64,000 nucleotides of DNA from an uncultured Acidimicrobiaceae bacterium (GCA_963829235.1 CAWHIF010000007.1:67723-131722); one strand, 5' to 3'. Positions 35,061-44,315 are shown, counted from the stretch's first letter. Notes: generated by a model from the sequence alone, not told the origin. Numbers and translations: made by a program.

Positions 35061-36881
35061 ATGTCAATTTTTCGTTCCGTTCTTGTCCACGCGGCGGCAT
35101 TTGCGCTTGGGGCCGTCGTTGTCTTCGGCCTGATTGCCATGCCGGCCGGGGCGAATGCGGCCACGTCGCCCCATGGTTCGGCCCGCGCGCTGGCCTCGTC
35201 GCCGGTCACCAAATATGCGATCGCCGTGCCGGTCTGCCCTCCCCCAACTGCGGGTCACGTGCAGTGTCTGGCGATGCGGAAGGTCTCTGTGCCGAAGGGC
35301 ACTCCCGGCGCGGTTCCTGTCAAGATCGGAGACGGCATCGCCACCGCCCACGTCGCCCGGGCGGGGGCGAACGCAACCATCGGGCCGGCTGGGGGTCTCA
35401 CGCCGAGCGATCTGGCCACCGCCTACGGCTTCAACGCGACCGGGTCGGGCGCCAGCCAGACGGTTGGGATCATCGACTGGGGCAATGATCCGACGATTGC
35501 AGCCGACCTCAATGCGTTCGACAGTCAGTATCACCTCAGCGCCTGCACGACGACAGACGGTTGCCTGCGCATTCTCAACCAGCTCGGACAAACCTCACCC
35601 CTTCCGACGGATCAGGGTGGTGCCGGCGAGATCTCGCTCGACGTCGAGTCGGTCCACTCTGTGTGCCGGCAGTGCAAGATCGACCTCATCGAAGTCACCA
35701 GCAACTCGTTCTCCGACACCGGGGCCGGCGTCAACGAAGCCGTGAAGTTGGGTGCGACGGAAGTCAGCAACTCCTACGGTGGGCCCGACACGACAGGGGG
35801 AGCCTTGGCGTACACGGCCGACTACAACCATCCGGGCGTCGTCATCACTGCCTCCAGCGGTGACCACGGCTACTACGGATTCGACTACTGGCCGGATACT
35901 CCGTCCGGTGGTCCAGCGGCCACGCAGCAAGCGCCGGAGTTCCCGGCAGAACTGGCAACGGTGGTGTCCGTTGGCGGCACGTCGCTGTACCTGAACCAGA
36001 ATGGGACCCGGCAGTCCGAAACGGTGTGGAACGAGGACGGCGCAAAGGACCACGACGAGGAGCTCGCAGGGGCCCCACTCGGTGCGTCCGGCGGCGGCTG
36101 CAGCCTCTTCGTAACGGCCCAAGCATGGCAGCGGGATCTCACAGCCTGGCCGAAGACGGACTGCGGCACGAACCGGTTGGATAACGACGTATCGGCAGTC
36201 GCCGACCCGTACACGGGGTTCGATACCTACAATACGAGCGACGGTGGAACGGGTTGGGGGACAATCGGCGGAACCTCTCTGGCCTCACCGGTCATCGCCG
36301 CGATGTACGCCCTCGCTGGAGGTGCGAACGGTGTGACGTACCCTGCACTGACGCTCTACGGTCACCTCGGAACCCCCTCCCTTTACAACGTGACGGCCCT
36401 CGGCAACGGGTTCTGCGGCGGCGAAGGCGCAGCCCAGTGCGGAAACGTGAATGACCTCGAGTTCGATGGCGTCGCCCTTGGCGCCATGGACTGTGACTAC
36501 CCGACGAGCGGGAGCACGCCGAGTGTCGGTGATCTCGCCTGTGATGCGGCCCCGGGTTACAACGGCCCGAGCGGCGTCGGCACGCCGAACGGCCTCGGTT
36601 CGTTCGCCAAAGCCGGGCCGCGGGCCTCCGTCTCCGGGCCTACCTCGGTCGTCCATGGGGTGGCTCACACGTGGACGGCGTCCACGTCCGATCCGTTCCC
36701 CCATGGTGTCGTCGAGACCTACTCGTGGAACTGGGGCGATGGGAGTGCTGCCGCCGTGACATCGAGCGGCTCGGCATCACACCACTACGCAACGGCAGGG
36801 GGACACCACACGATCACCCTGACGGTGACGGACAGCTACGGGCAAAAAGGCAGTGCGACCCGTGTCGTGGCGGTGACCTGA
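35061..36881 (+). CDS. secreted S53 (sedolisin) family serine peptidase with a C-terminal PKD-like domain
   Basis: It has a signal/TM segment (MSIFRSVLVHAAAFALGAVVVFGLIAMPAGANA). Family motifs are LTPSDLATAYGF, SSGDHGYYG and GGTSLASPVIAAMYAL (catalytic Ser). The PKD-like end reads YSWNWGDGSAA...HHTITLTVTDSYGQKGS. Confidence 0.85.
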   Translation: MSIFRSVLVHAAAFALGAVVVFGLIAMPAGANAATSPHGSARALASSPVTKYAIAVPVCPPPTAGHVQCLAMRKVSVPKGTPGAVPVKIGDGIATAHVARAGANATIGPAGGLTPSDLATAYGFNATGSGASQTVGIIDWGNDPTIAADLNAFDSQYHLSACTTTDGCLRILNQLGQTSPLPTDQGGAGEISLDVESVHSVCRQCKIDLIEVTSNSFSDTGAGVNEAVKLGATEVSNSYGGPDTTGGALAYTADYNHPGVVITASSGDHGYYGFDYWPDTPSGGPAATQQAPEFPAELATVVSVGGTSLYLNQNGTRQSETVWNEDGAKDHDEELAGAPLGASGGGCSLFVTAQAWQRDLTAWPKTDCGTNRLDNDVSAVADPYTGFDTYNTSDGGTGWGTIGGTSLASPVIAAMYALAGGANGVTYPALTLYGHLGTPSLYNVTALGNGFCGGEGAAQCGNVNDLEFDGVALGAMDCDYPTSGSTPSVGDLACDAAPGYNGPSGVGTPNGLGSFAKAGPRASVSGPTSVVHGVAHTWTASTSDPFPHGVVETYSWNWGDGSAAAVTSSGSASHHYATAGGHHTITLTVTDSYGQKGSATRVVAVT

Positions 36882-36982
36882 ACGGGGTAGGCGGAGGCGC
36901 TCGACGAGCACTGGATAGAACCGACCGACCCGGGTGTCCGGGATACCTGGCGAAGCGAACATCCCGGTGCGAGCATGGGCAG

Positions 36983-37447
36983 GTGTTGATTCGCATCGAA
37001 GGCTCCGACCTACCAGGTTGCTTCTGTGGACCCGGGCCCGACTATCCAGACGGCCACCAGAACGTCCACGTCGCGGTACAGGGCCGGAAAGGGCAACAGG
37101 ACCTCGTCGGGTTGGTGCCGGCTGGCGTGAAATCTGCGATCTGGGAGCTGGAGTGCACTGTCGCCGCTACCGCGCCCACAGTGGATCTGCGAGGTCCTCA
37201 GATCCAAGGCTCACCGGGCCAGCGATTCATCTACCTCACGTGGGGTGTCGTCGACGCAGCAGCGGTCTTCACCATGTTCCGTCGGGCCAAACTCTGGCTC
37301 AACGCCGTTCCCCCGGAGGTCCTACGGGCAGCCTCACCATCTGGCACCTTGATCGGACGGCTGGGCCTGTCAGACGATGAGGGCTGGCCGCTGTGCGCCT
37401 CCGTCAGGCCGCCTCGAATCGAATGGGTCGCAGGATCTGGCCCATAG
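36983..37447 (+). CDS. conserved hypothetical protein (DUF5990-like)
   Basis: The product reads VLIRIEGSDLPGCFCGPGPDYPDGHQNVHVAVQ...DLRGPQIQGSPGQRFIYLTWGVVD...MFRRAKLWL. The start GTG 36983 was chosen because the upstream part of ORF 36671.. overlaps the peptidase gene. The family call is tentative. Confidence 0.6.
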   Translation: MLIRIEGSDLPGCFCGPGPDYPDGHQNVHVAVQGRKGQQDLVGLVPAGVKSAIWELECTVAATAPTVDLRGPQIQGSPGQRFIYLTWGVVDAAAVFTMFRRAKLWLNAVPPEVLRAASPSGTLIGRLGLSDDEGWPLCASVRPPRIEWVAGSGP

Positions 37448-37652
37448 ATCCCAACCCCCGGGTGAGCGATGGCGAGCGCCGCCAGGCTGGATGCCCACAC
37501 GGTGGCTGCGCCACGGTTGAACACCGCTGCCGATCCGGCGCTCCGGTAGCTGGTGACGCCGTCCGTCATGACCGGTGCCCCACGGCGGCACCGGTGGAAG
37601 TGCCGCCGTGGGGCAGGGCTGATTGAAGGGGCTTCCGGCGGTCGGCCGGAGC

Positions 37653-38621
37653 TCAGGACGCCGGTGGATAGACCGCGACAGCCGAGGCATCCAGTGCGCC
37701 CGACGAGTTGGTACCGATGACCGACGCCTTGCCACCGACGCAGACGTTGACAAAGGACGGCGAAGCTACGCCGTTCTCCACGAACGGGGTCGTGGCTGTC
37801 ACACTGACCGTGGTGTTGATCGTGGAGGGCGGGATCGACTGGTTGTCCGTCCACGTCACGACGAAGGACCCTGCCGTGTCGGCAACACCGCAAGTACCAG
37901 TCGTCGAAAGGCCGTTGACGGACGTGACCTGGCCCTTGACGTGGAGCGGTGTTGGCGTCTTCGGAGGTGTCACCACGACGACGGCGGCGAGGATCGTGTT
38001 CCCGATGCTCGGGCCCTCGGCGGCCGCGTTGTCACCCACGCAGACGTCGGCGAAGGTCGCCCCAGGCAGCTTGGGATCACGGAACTTGGTGGTCCGGTAC
38101 ACGACGACCGTGTCGATCACGGTGGACTTCCCGACCTTGAAGTTCAACGTGAACGTCCCCCTGGCACCGGCCGTTCCGCAGGCACCGGGTGTCGGCGAGC
38201 CGTCCACGGCGGTGACCTGGCCGAAGCGGTTCACTGTCGCAGGGGCGGCAATCCGGACAGCCAGGGCATTCATCGAATGAGCCGTGTTGTTTCCGATGGC
38301 CGTTGCCTGGAAACCAACGCAGACGTTTGCGAACGACGGGGTCGAGATGCCCTTCTCGACGAAGGAGGTCGACGCCGTCACATTCACCGTGGTGAGGTGG
38401 GTCTTGCCGGAGGTCGACTTCAGGATGAAATTACCTGTCGCCCCAGCGGTGCCGCAGGTGCCAACCGTCACATCCCCGTTCACTGCGATCACCCGTCCGA
38501 TGACCGAAGGCGCGTCGCCGCTCGATGCACTGTGGATGGTTGCTCCGGCCACACCGCCAGTCAAAGCAAAGAGCGCAACTGTCAATGCGGTGGCCGCTGC
38601 CACCTTCAGGGCGGATATCAT
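37653..38621 (-). CDS. secreted protein made of three about 95-aa repeats (DUF5666-like), two Cys per repeat
   Basis: The signal peptide reads MISALKVAAATALTVALFALTGGVAGA. The repeat pattern is G(R/Q)V(I/T)(A/S)VNG...G(T/A)CG(T/V)A...G.F......T.V.V...T.F.......SFA(N/D)VCVG..A.A.G, present three times. Confidence 0.8.
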   Translation of the reverse strand: MISALKVAAATALTVALFALTGGVAGATIHSASSGDAPSVIGRVIAVNGDVTVGTCGTAGATGNFILKSTSGKTHLTTVNVTASTSFVEKGISTPSFANVCVGFQATAIGNNTAHSMNALAVRIAAPATVNRFGQVTAVDGSPTPGACGTAGARGTFTLNFKVGKSTVIDTVVVYRTTKFRDPKLPGATFADVCVGDNAAAEGPSIGNTILAAVVVVTPPKTPTPLHVKGQVTSVNGLSTTGTCGVADTAGSFVVTWTDNQSIPPSTINTTVSVTATTPFVENGVASPSFVNVCVGGKASVIGTNSSGALDASAVAVYPPAS

Positions 38622-38700
38622 GCCGCTGCCTCCTCAGTAGGGGTCGACGTCGTCGGGAACATCCGTACCCGACGCCCTTCGATATTTCACATCCGGTGAC

Positions 38701-38747
38701 CACGCACACGAGGTGCCCGTCACGCACACGAGGTGCCCGTCACGCAC
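38701..38747. repeat. 20-bp direct tandem repeat (2.35 copies) upstream of the triple-repeat protein gene
   Basis: cacgcacacgaggtgcccgt occurs at 38701-38720 and again at 38721-38740, followed by cacgcac at 38741-38747. The array lies 80-126 nt upstream of start codon 38621 (minus strand). Confidence 0.9.
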
Positions 38748-38953
38748 CTCTAGCAACGATGCCGAGACCTGGGCGTTACAGCGCCTCGTTTGTGATGCCC
38801 GGGATCACCACCGCCCGGTCTCTCCCTTGGCGACGACGTCGGCCGACCTGGGGCCAGCTGGCAACATCGGCTCTCTGACGCAGGCCGACATGGGGTCCAG
38901 CGCGTCTCTGCCCGATTCGACCACATGGATCCGACACCCTCAGCTATCGACGG

Positions 38954-39409
38954 TCAGTTGGCGCGTCCTTCAAAGAGAGCGGTCAGATCGAGCGAAGGTA
39001 CGTGCTCACTCGTGGCCAGAGCCACCCACGATCGCGCCAGGGCGTCCTTCCCCGTGCCGAGAACGGTGCCGATCAGCCCAGCTGAATCGAGTAACTCTTC
39101 GGCCGGAAGCGGGGCGATGACGACGCGCCAGATCGCCTCCTCCAGCACGTTGAAGGCAGTCTGCACCTCGGCGATGCTGAATCCGGCGCTGAAGCGTTCC
39201 TGTGCGACGGTGTTGGCGTACTCGGTGATCGGGTCGAGGTTGCGCTTGGCCAGACACTCGACGACCAGATCGAAGAGCTCCGTGAGACGGCGACCTGACT
39301 CCTCCGAACCAGAAGCCTCGTAGTGGGCGAGGTGGCCGCGGGCCAGGGATGCCGACGCCGCCTCCAGGACCTCATCCCGAGCGTCGCTCATAACCTCTGT
39401 CAAACCCAT
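38954..39409 (-). CDS. stand-alone RsbRD_N-like (stressosome co-antagonist N-terminal, globin-like) domain protein
   Basis: The 151-aa all-helical product contains ...ITEYANTVAQERFSAGFSIAEVQTAFNVLEEAIWRVV..., which matches my recollection of the RsbRD N-terminal domain. No STAS domain is attached. Confidence 0.55.
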   Translation of the reverse strand: MGLTEVMSDARDEVLEAASASLARGHLAHYEASGSEESGRRLTELFDLVVECLAKRNLDPITEYANTVAQERFSAGFSIAEVQTAFNVLEEAIWRVVIAPLPAEELLDSAGLIGTVLGTGKDALARSWVALATSEHVPSLDLTALFEGRAN

Positions 39410-39612
39410 ATCGCCACCCTACTCCGCCCATCTGGGACCTACCGCGGGAGGGCTGGCCACGACCTCGACGCCGTCGACCTTCGTCGGCGACAAATGATTC
39501 AGACCCCCTTGCCGTTCCACGGGATGCCGAAGGCCGGCCGTCACACCACGATGCTCAGCTCCAACGCTGTTGGGCTGACGACCGACAGCGCTCCTGGGCG
39601 CAGCAATCCGGA

Positions 39613-41187
39613 TCACTGATCCCGTTCGGGGGAGGGCGGCTGTTCACGGGAACCATGGGAAGGCAACGCCACGAGGACGAGGACCGAAGCGGCGAGGGCG
39701 ACGATTGCGCCAACAGTGAGGGCCACCTGGGTACCACTCATGAAGGCGATGCGCGCGGCGTGGGCCAGCTCGGCCCCGGTCGAGCCTCCGACGTGTGCCG
39801 CCACGGCCAGGGCGGCGCCAAGGGACCCGAGGATGGTGGCGGTGACAGACGGAGGCACCTGCCGGCCTACCAACGCCGCCGCCAGATGACCCTGGTAGCG
39901 GGTCAACATCACACTGCCGATGACCGCAACACCCAGCGCTCCGCCAACTTGGAGCGCCACGGTGTTGCTGGCGGACCCCATCCCCGAGTCGCCCTGGGGG
40001 ACCGACCCGATGACCGAGTTCGTGGCTGTCGGCAGCATGAGCCCGGCGCCGAGGCCGATCAGGAGCAGGCCCAGGACGACATCGCCGTAGGTCGTGTCCA
40101 ACCGGGACGAAGCCGACACCTGCCACAGCCCGGCCGCGATCGGGAGGAGGCCGGCCACCACCGTGAGCTTGACGCCCGCCAGCCGGGCGATCGTCGGGGA
40201 CGCGGCGGCGCCGACTACAACCATGCCGGCGATCGGGAGGATGCGAAGGCCGGCTTGGAGGGGCGAGTATCCGAGGTCGAATTGGAGGAACTGCGTCGAC
40301 AGGAAGAGCGCACCCATCAGCCCGAAGACCGCCAGACACTCTGCGACGAGGGCAACCGAGAAACGGCGTTCCCGGAAGAACGTGAGCTTGAGCATGGGAT
40401 GCGTACTGCGGGACTCCCAGAAGACGAAACCTCCGAGCACCACGAGGCTGGCCAACGCGGCCCCCACCACGATCCCCGACGTCCACCCCCGGGTCGGCCC
40501 CTCGATGATCGCCCATAGCAGCAGTCCCAGGCCGGCGATCGACAGCGCCGCGCCCGCGGGGTCGGGACGCTGGACGTCCGGGTTCTTCGAGTCGGGAACC
40601 ACCAGCGCGGCCCCGAGGAAGCCGATGCACGCGATCGGGACGTTCACGAAGAAGATCGACCCCCACCAGAACCTCGACAGCAGGAGCCCACCGGCGATGG
40701 GACCGACGGCGATCCCGAGGCCAATCGTGCCGGCCCAGACACCGATGGCACGAGCGCGCTCGCCCGGCTCGCGGAACATGTCGTTGATGATCGCCAGCGA
40801 CGTCGGGATGGTGAGCGCAGCGCCGGCTCCCATGAGGGCACGGAATCCGATGAGCGTCGGAACCGAACTGGACAGCGCCGCGCCGATCGACCCGGCAGCG
40901 AACACGGTGAGCCCGATGAGAAAGACCCGCCTGCGGCCGAACCGGTCGGCGAGCGTCCCTCCGACAAGGAGCAGCCCGGCGAACACCATCGCGTAGGAGT
41001 CGACGATCCACTGGAGTTGGCTCGATGTCGCATGCAGCTCCCGGACAAGCGTCGGGAGCGCGACGTTGAGGATGGTGTTGTCGACATTGATGATCAGCGC
41101 CGCGAGACAGACGATGATCAGGGCCAGCCGTCGATGTCTGTCCCGCCGGCCGGACGTCGCCTGGTCGGCTGGGATCAGCAGGCTCAT
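39613..41187 (-). CDS. MFS transporter, DHA2 (EmrB/QacA, 14-TMS) type
   Basis: It contains LALIIVCLAALIINVDNTILNVALPTLVRELHATSSQLQWIVDSYAMVFAGLLLVGGTLADRFGRRRVFLIGL and about 14 hydrophobic segments. ATG 41187 is preferred over 41229. Confidence 0.9.
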   Translation of the reverse strand: MSLLIPADQATSGRRDRHRRLALIIVCLAALIINVDNTILNVALPTLVRELHATSSQLQWIVDSYAMVFAGLLLVGGTLADRFGRRRVFLIGLTVFAAGSIGAALSSSVPTLIGFRALMGAGAALTIPTSLAIINDMFREPGERARAIGVWAGTIGLGIAVGPIAGGLLLSRFWWGSIFFVNVPIACIGFLGAALVVPDSKNPDVQRPDPAGAALSIAGLGLLLWAIIEGPTRGWTSGIVVGAALASLVVLGGFVFWESRSTHPMLKLTFFRERRFSVALVAECLAVFGLMGALFLSTQFLQFDLGYSPLQAGLRILPIAGMVVVGAAASPTIARLAGVKLTVVAGLLPIAAGLWQVSASSRLDTTYGDVVLGLLLIGLGAGLMLPTATNSVIGSVPQGDSGMGSASNTVALQVGGALGVAVIGSVMLTRYQGHLAAALVGRQVPPSVTATILGSLGAALAVAAHVGGSTGAELAHAARIAFMSGTQVALTVGAIVALAASVLVLVALPSHGSREQPPSPERDQ

Positions 41188-41219
41188 TGATCCAGTCAAA
41201 CGCCGGGAATGCCGTGATG

Positions 41220-42017
41220 CTAGGGCCAAAGGTCACCAGGCGACCGAGGGTGGGCGCCGTACAGGCCGTGTTCCTTGTCGGCTCTGGTTCCCGTCACCAG
41301 TCGCTCCCGGTCGAACATCCCGGACACGAAATGCAAGAGGAGGGCATCGACCACGACCAGCCCGACGGCAAAAGCGAGCGCCACGAGGAACGTCGGGCTG
41401 ACCACGCCGACAGCCAGCAGGATGATCACGCCCACCGGAGGAAAGCTGGCCAGAAGGCTCAGCTGCTGGGCGACGCGCGCTTCGTTCGCCCTGACCGAGA
41501 CGGCCATGCCGACCACAATGCCCCAGGCGGCCAGGAGGGGGGCGAGGAGGAACAAGGCGAGAAGTGCCGGACTGTCGTGGAAGACGGCCGAAGCGACGGC
41601 GGAGTTGGCGAACAGCCGGACGGCGACGAGGAAGAGAGCGAAGACAGCGTAGGACAGAGCCAGCGTGGGCATCATGACCGCCGTGGCCTTGCCCAGGAGG
41701 AACTCCTGCTTTCGCAGAGGCGTGGTGAGCAGTGGTTCGAGCGTTCCCTGCTCGCGCTCGCCGACCACGCTGTAGGCGGCGAGCGTGCTCGGCATGATGC
41801 TCGGGATCAACAAGAGGTAGAGGATGGGAAGAATGAGGCTCTTCTCCAGCGCTGCTCCCGATGTGCTCGGCGTGGCCAGAAAGATGGTGATCACGGGCTC
41901 AACCAGGAAGAGGAGGGGCAAGATGCACATGGTCACGACGATGGACCGTTTACGCCGGTAGTCGCGCAGCTCCTTGCGGACGACGGCGCGGACACGTGCG
42001 GTGTCGAGGCCACTCAT
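41220..42017 (-). CDS. ABC-2 type transporter permease
   Basis: It contains AVVRKELRDYRRKRSIVVTM...GEREQGTLEPLLTTPL and has six TM segments. It overlaps the upstream ATPase gene by 4 nt. Confidence 0.85.
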   Translation of the reverse strand: MSGLDTARVRAVVRKELRDYRRKRSIVVTMCILPLLFLVEPVITIFLATPSTSGAALEKSLILPILYLLLIPSIMPSTLAAYSVVGEREQGTLEPLLTTPLRKQEFLLGKATAVMMPTLALSYAVFALFLVAVRLFANSAVASAVFHDSPALLALFLLAPLLAAWGIVVGMAVSVRANEARVAQQLSLLASFPPVGVIILLAVGVVSPTFLVALAFAVGLVVVDALLLHFVSGMFDRERLVTGTRADKEHGLYGAHPRSPGDLWP

Positions 42018-43477
42018 GGCTTGTGGGCCTCGACGTCTTCGGCAATCAGCTCGAGGTACACCTCTTCGAGCGAGTGCTGTGTCTCTCCGATGGTGAGGAC
42101 ATCTGCTCCTGCATTGACCAGGCCCCGCGCCACCTCGGGCGCGGCCGCCCTCGGCTCCGACACCGAGAGAACGTAGGAGGCCGGCGCATCAGTGTGCCAG
42201 CTCTCGACGCCCTTGATGCTGGTGAAGAGCTGATCGGGTCTCTCGAGCGGCTCGACGGTGGTGACCACGAGCGACTTGTTGAACAGCTGTTCCCGTAGCC
42301 CGGCGGGAGTGCCGACGGTTCGCAGCGTGGTGTTCATGATGGCCACCCGGTCGCAGAGCTTCTCGGCTTCGTCGAGCCGGTGGGTGGTGAGAAAGATCGT
42401 CACTCCCCGCTGGCGGAGCCCGATGATCAGCTCGTGAACCTCGCGCGAAGCCACCGGGTCGAGGCCCGACGTCGGTTCGTCGAGGAACATGACGGCCGGA
42501 TCGCTCAGCAGGGTTCGGGCCAGACCCACGCGCTGTCGGAGCCCCTTGGAGAGCGCGCCACACAGATCACCGGCCCGGTTGGCGAGGTTTACGGCCTCGA
42601 GTGCCTTTTCGATCCTCGGACCAGGATCGTGCAGACCATAGAGACCCGCGAAGTACTCCAGGTTCTCGGTCACGGTCAGGCGCAGATAGAGACCGGGCGC
42701 CTCCGGCATGATGGCGATGCGCCGGCGGATCTCGACTCCGTTCTCGGGAGTGAGCGGGATCCCGGCGACCAAGGCCGAGCCCGAGGTCGGTGCGATCAGC
42801 GTGCCGAGCGTGCGGACGGTGGTGGTCTTGCCGGCCCCATTGGGGCCCAGGAAGCCGAACACCTCCCCGTAGGCAACTTCGAAGGACACCTCTGAAAAGG
42901 CAGTCCGCTGACCGAATCGCTTGGTCAGCTGATGCACGGCGAGCGCGGCTCGGTCTCCTCCACCATCGAGAGTCGGCGAACTGGTGATCTCGTTGACGCC
43001 GGCGATCGCGCTGGTTCTGGCCGATGCCCTTGACGCGACCGCAGCCTCTGTTCGTCGTCCGTTGCCGTTGCTGGCGGCTTCGGAGTCAGTCTCGATGAAG
43101 TCGTCAGGGGTGAGACTGATCCATACGTCGTGCTTGAAGAGGCTGGCGACCAGAAAGGCGATCGATCGCTGGACGATGAAGGGATGGCGGGGTCGCCGCC
43201 GACACGAGAGTCCGACGACCTGCCCCCCCACCACCTCGAGGGACTCCTTCGGGCTGCGGAGAAACCGCCTCGACATGACCTCAACGGTGTGGTGTCCCGC
43301 TTCAACCTGCAGATCGAGCGTCTCGTTGTTGGGGATGGAGCCGACATCGATCCCGTCGATCAGCACCTGCCACTGCCGACCGCTGTGAGAGGTGCCCGAC
43401 CCCTCGCCCTGGCGCGACAGCCTCATGGTCGCCGCGGTGGTGGCGGTGTATGTCATGGAATTGCGCCCCGGTGGCAC
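42014..43477 (-). CDS. ABC transporter ATP-binding protein with an extra N-terminal domain of about 180 aa
   Basis: ABC motifs are Walker A GPNGAGKTT, signature LSKGLRQRV and Walker B VMFLDEPTSGLD. The N-terminal extension reads WQVLIDGIDVGSIPNNETLDLQVEAGHHTVEVMSRRFLRSPKESLEVVGGQVVGLSC, followed by one hydrophobic stretch (IAFLVASLF). GTG 43477 follows GGAG. Confidence 0.88.
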   Translation of the reverse strand: MPPGRNSMTYTATTAATMRLSRQGEGSGTSHSGRQWQVLIDGIDVGSIPNNETLDLQVEAGHHTVEVMSRRFLRSPKESLEVVGGQVVGLSCRRRPRHPFIVQRSIAFLVASLFKHDVWISLTPDDFIETDSEAASNGNGRRTEAAVASRASARTSAIAGVNEITSSPTLDGGGDRAALAVHQLTKRFGQRTAFSEVSFEVAYGEVFGFLGPNGAGKTTTVRTLGTLIAPTSGSALVAGIPLTPENGVEIRRRIAIMPEAPGLYLRLTVTENLEYFAGLYGLHDPGPRIEKALEAVNLANRAGDLCGALSKGLRQRVGLARTLLSDPAVMFLDEPTSGLDPVASREVHELIIGLRQRGVTIFLTTHRLDEAEKLCDRVAIMNTTLRTVGTPAGLREQLFNKSLVVTTVEPLERPDQLFTSIKGVESWHTDAPASYVLSVSEPRAAAPEVARGLVNAGADVLTIGETQHSLEEVYLELIAEDVEAHKP

Positions 43478-43891
43478 CTACCGACTCCAGCTCTGATTGG
43501 TGGTACCGGGTTGGCCAGACTCCTGTAGCGCCGGCCACGGGACGCGGACGGAGCCGCCCGCCCTGAGGGTCGATCAAGTCGGCCCGCACTTCCCGCAACG
43601 GACACGGCGTCCTCCTGGGTACGGAGCCACTGTACACCGGGCGCCGGTCGGCCCAGGCTGGGACACATGCCGCTCCCAATTCCAAGAAGTGTCCGAGTTC
43701 GTGCCCCGTAACTCTTCGACGATCACCGATCCATACCCCACTCGACCTGCCCAGTGGCGAAGAAGCAGCCACCGGCACCATGTGGGCGTCCACCGTCCCG
43801 GGGTCGGCCCGGGGTCGGCCACAATCCCGTCTGCGTCCGCTCCGGGGAGGTGAAAAGCGGAGTACGGTCGCTGTAGGGAAAGGAGGCTGAC

Positions 43892-44005
43892 ATGTCCGAT
43901 AAGTCTCCCCGTAAGACCGCCTCGAAGAAGTCCGGCAAGTCACTCAAGGAGAAACGCCAGGCGAAGAAGGCCAAGGAGCAAACCCACAAACCGCTGGCTC
44001 GCTGA
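43892..44005 (+). CDS. small highly basic protein (37 aa)
   Basis: It is not in the ORF track because it is shorter than 60 aa. ATG 43892 lies 6 nt after GGGAAAGGAGG. The product is MSDKSPRKTASKKSGKSLKEKRQAKKAKEQTHKPLAR with a stop at 44003-05. It resembles short Lys-rich actinobacterial proteins that start MSDKSPR...KKSGKS(L/I)KEKR. Confidence 0.6.
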   Translation: MSDKSPRKTASKKSGKSLKEKRQAKKAKEQTHKPLAR

Positions 44006-44096
44006 AGGCACGATCCCGAAGACCGGTTCAACGGGTCGGCGGGCACAGAACGATTGGCCATTCGCACGGTGAGGTCTAGCCGTCTGGAGTTTGATT

Positions 44097-44234
44097 GTGG
44101 GCTTCGAACCTGTGATCGGCATCCTTGCGTCCGATGAACGGGTGTGGGCGGCTCAGGCCGACGTGGAGCGCGAGCCGGAGTGGACCACCTCCATCACGTC
44201 CGTCACCCGGATTGACAGCGGCAGAGGCGGCTGA
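44097..44234 (+). pseudogene. N-terminal fragment of an SRPBCC (polyketide-cyclase/START-like) protein
   Basis: VGFEPVIGILASDERVWAAQADVEREPEWTTSITSVTRIDSGRGG-stop matches the first about 45 aa of SRPBCC proteins (..VWa...Dve.wPeWtpsi.sv..). The remaining about 100 aa are absent. Confidence 0.5.
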
Positions 44235-44315
44235 GCGGGCTCGGCGGTCTCTGGACTGTCGTCCTACTCGATTCGATCCTGTACCGGAAACCCAGAGTGG
44301 ATAGGCGCGATTACG

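Noticed and set aside
38701-38747. The tandem 20-mers as a possible CRISPR array
   Set aside because: The copies are directly adjacent with no spacers, there are only 2.35 copies, and no cas genes are present.
43500-43830. Minus-strand HExxH context (GRSSGVWIGDRRRVTGHELGHFLELGAACVPAW...TPCPLREVRADL) reminiscent of small M7/snapalysin-type zinc peptidases
   Set aside because: It has no signal peptide or start. The frame runs on into the ABC ATPase gene, and its N-terminal part is antisense to the small basic-protein gene. At best it is a short relic, and the evidence is a single motif.
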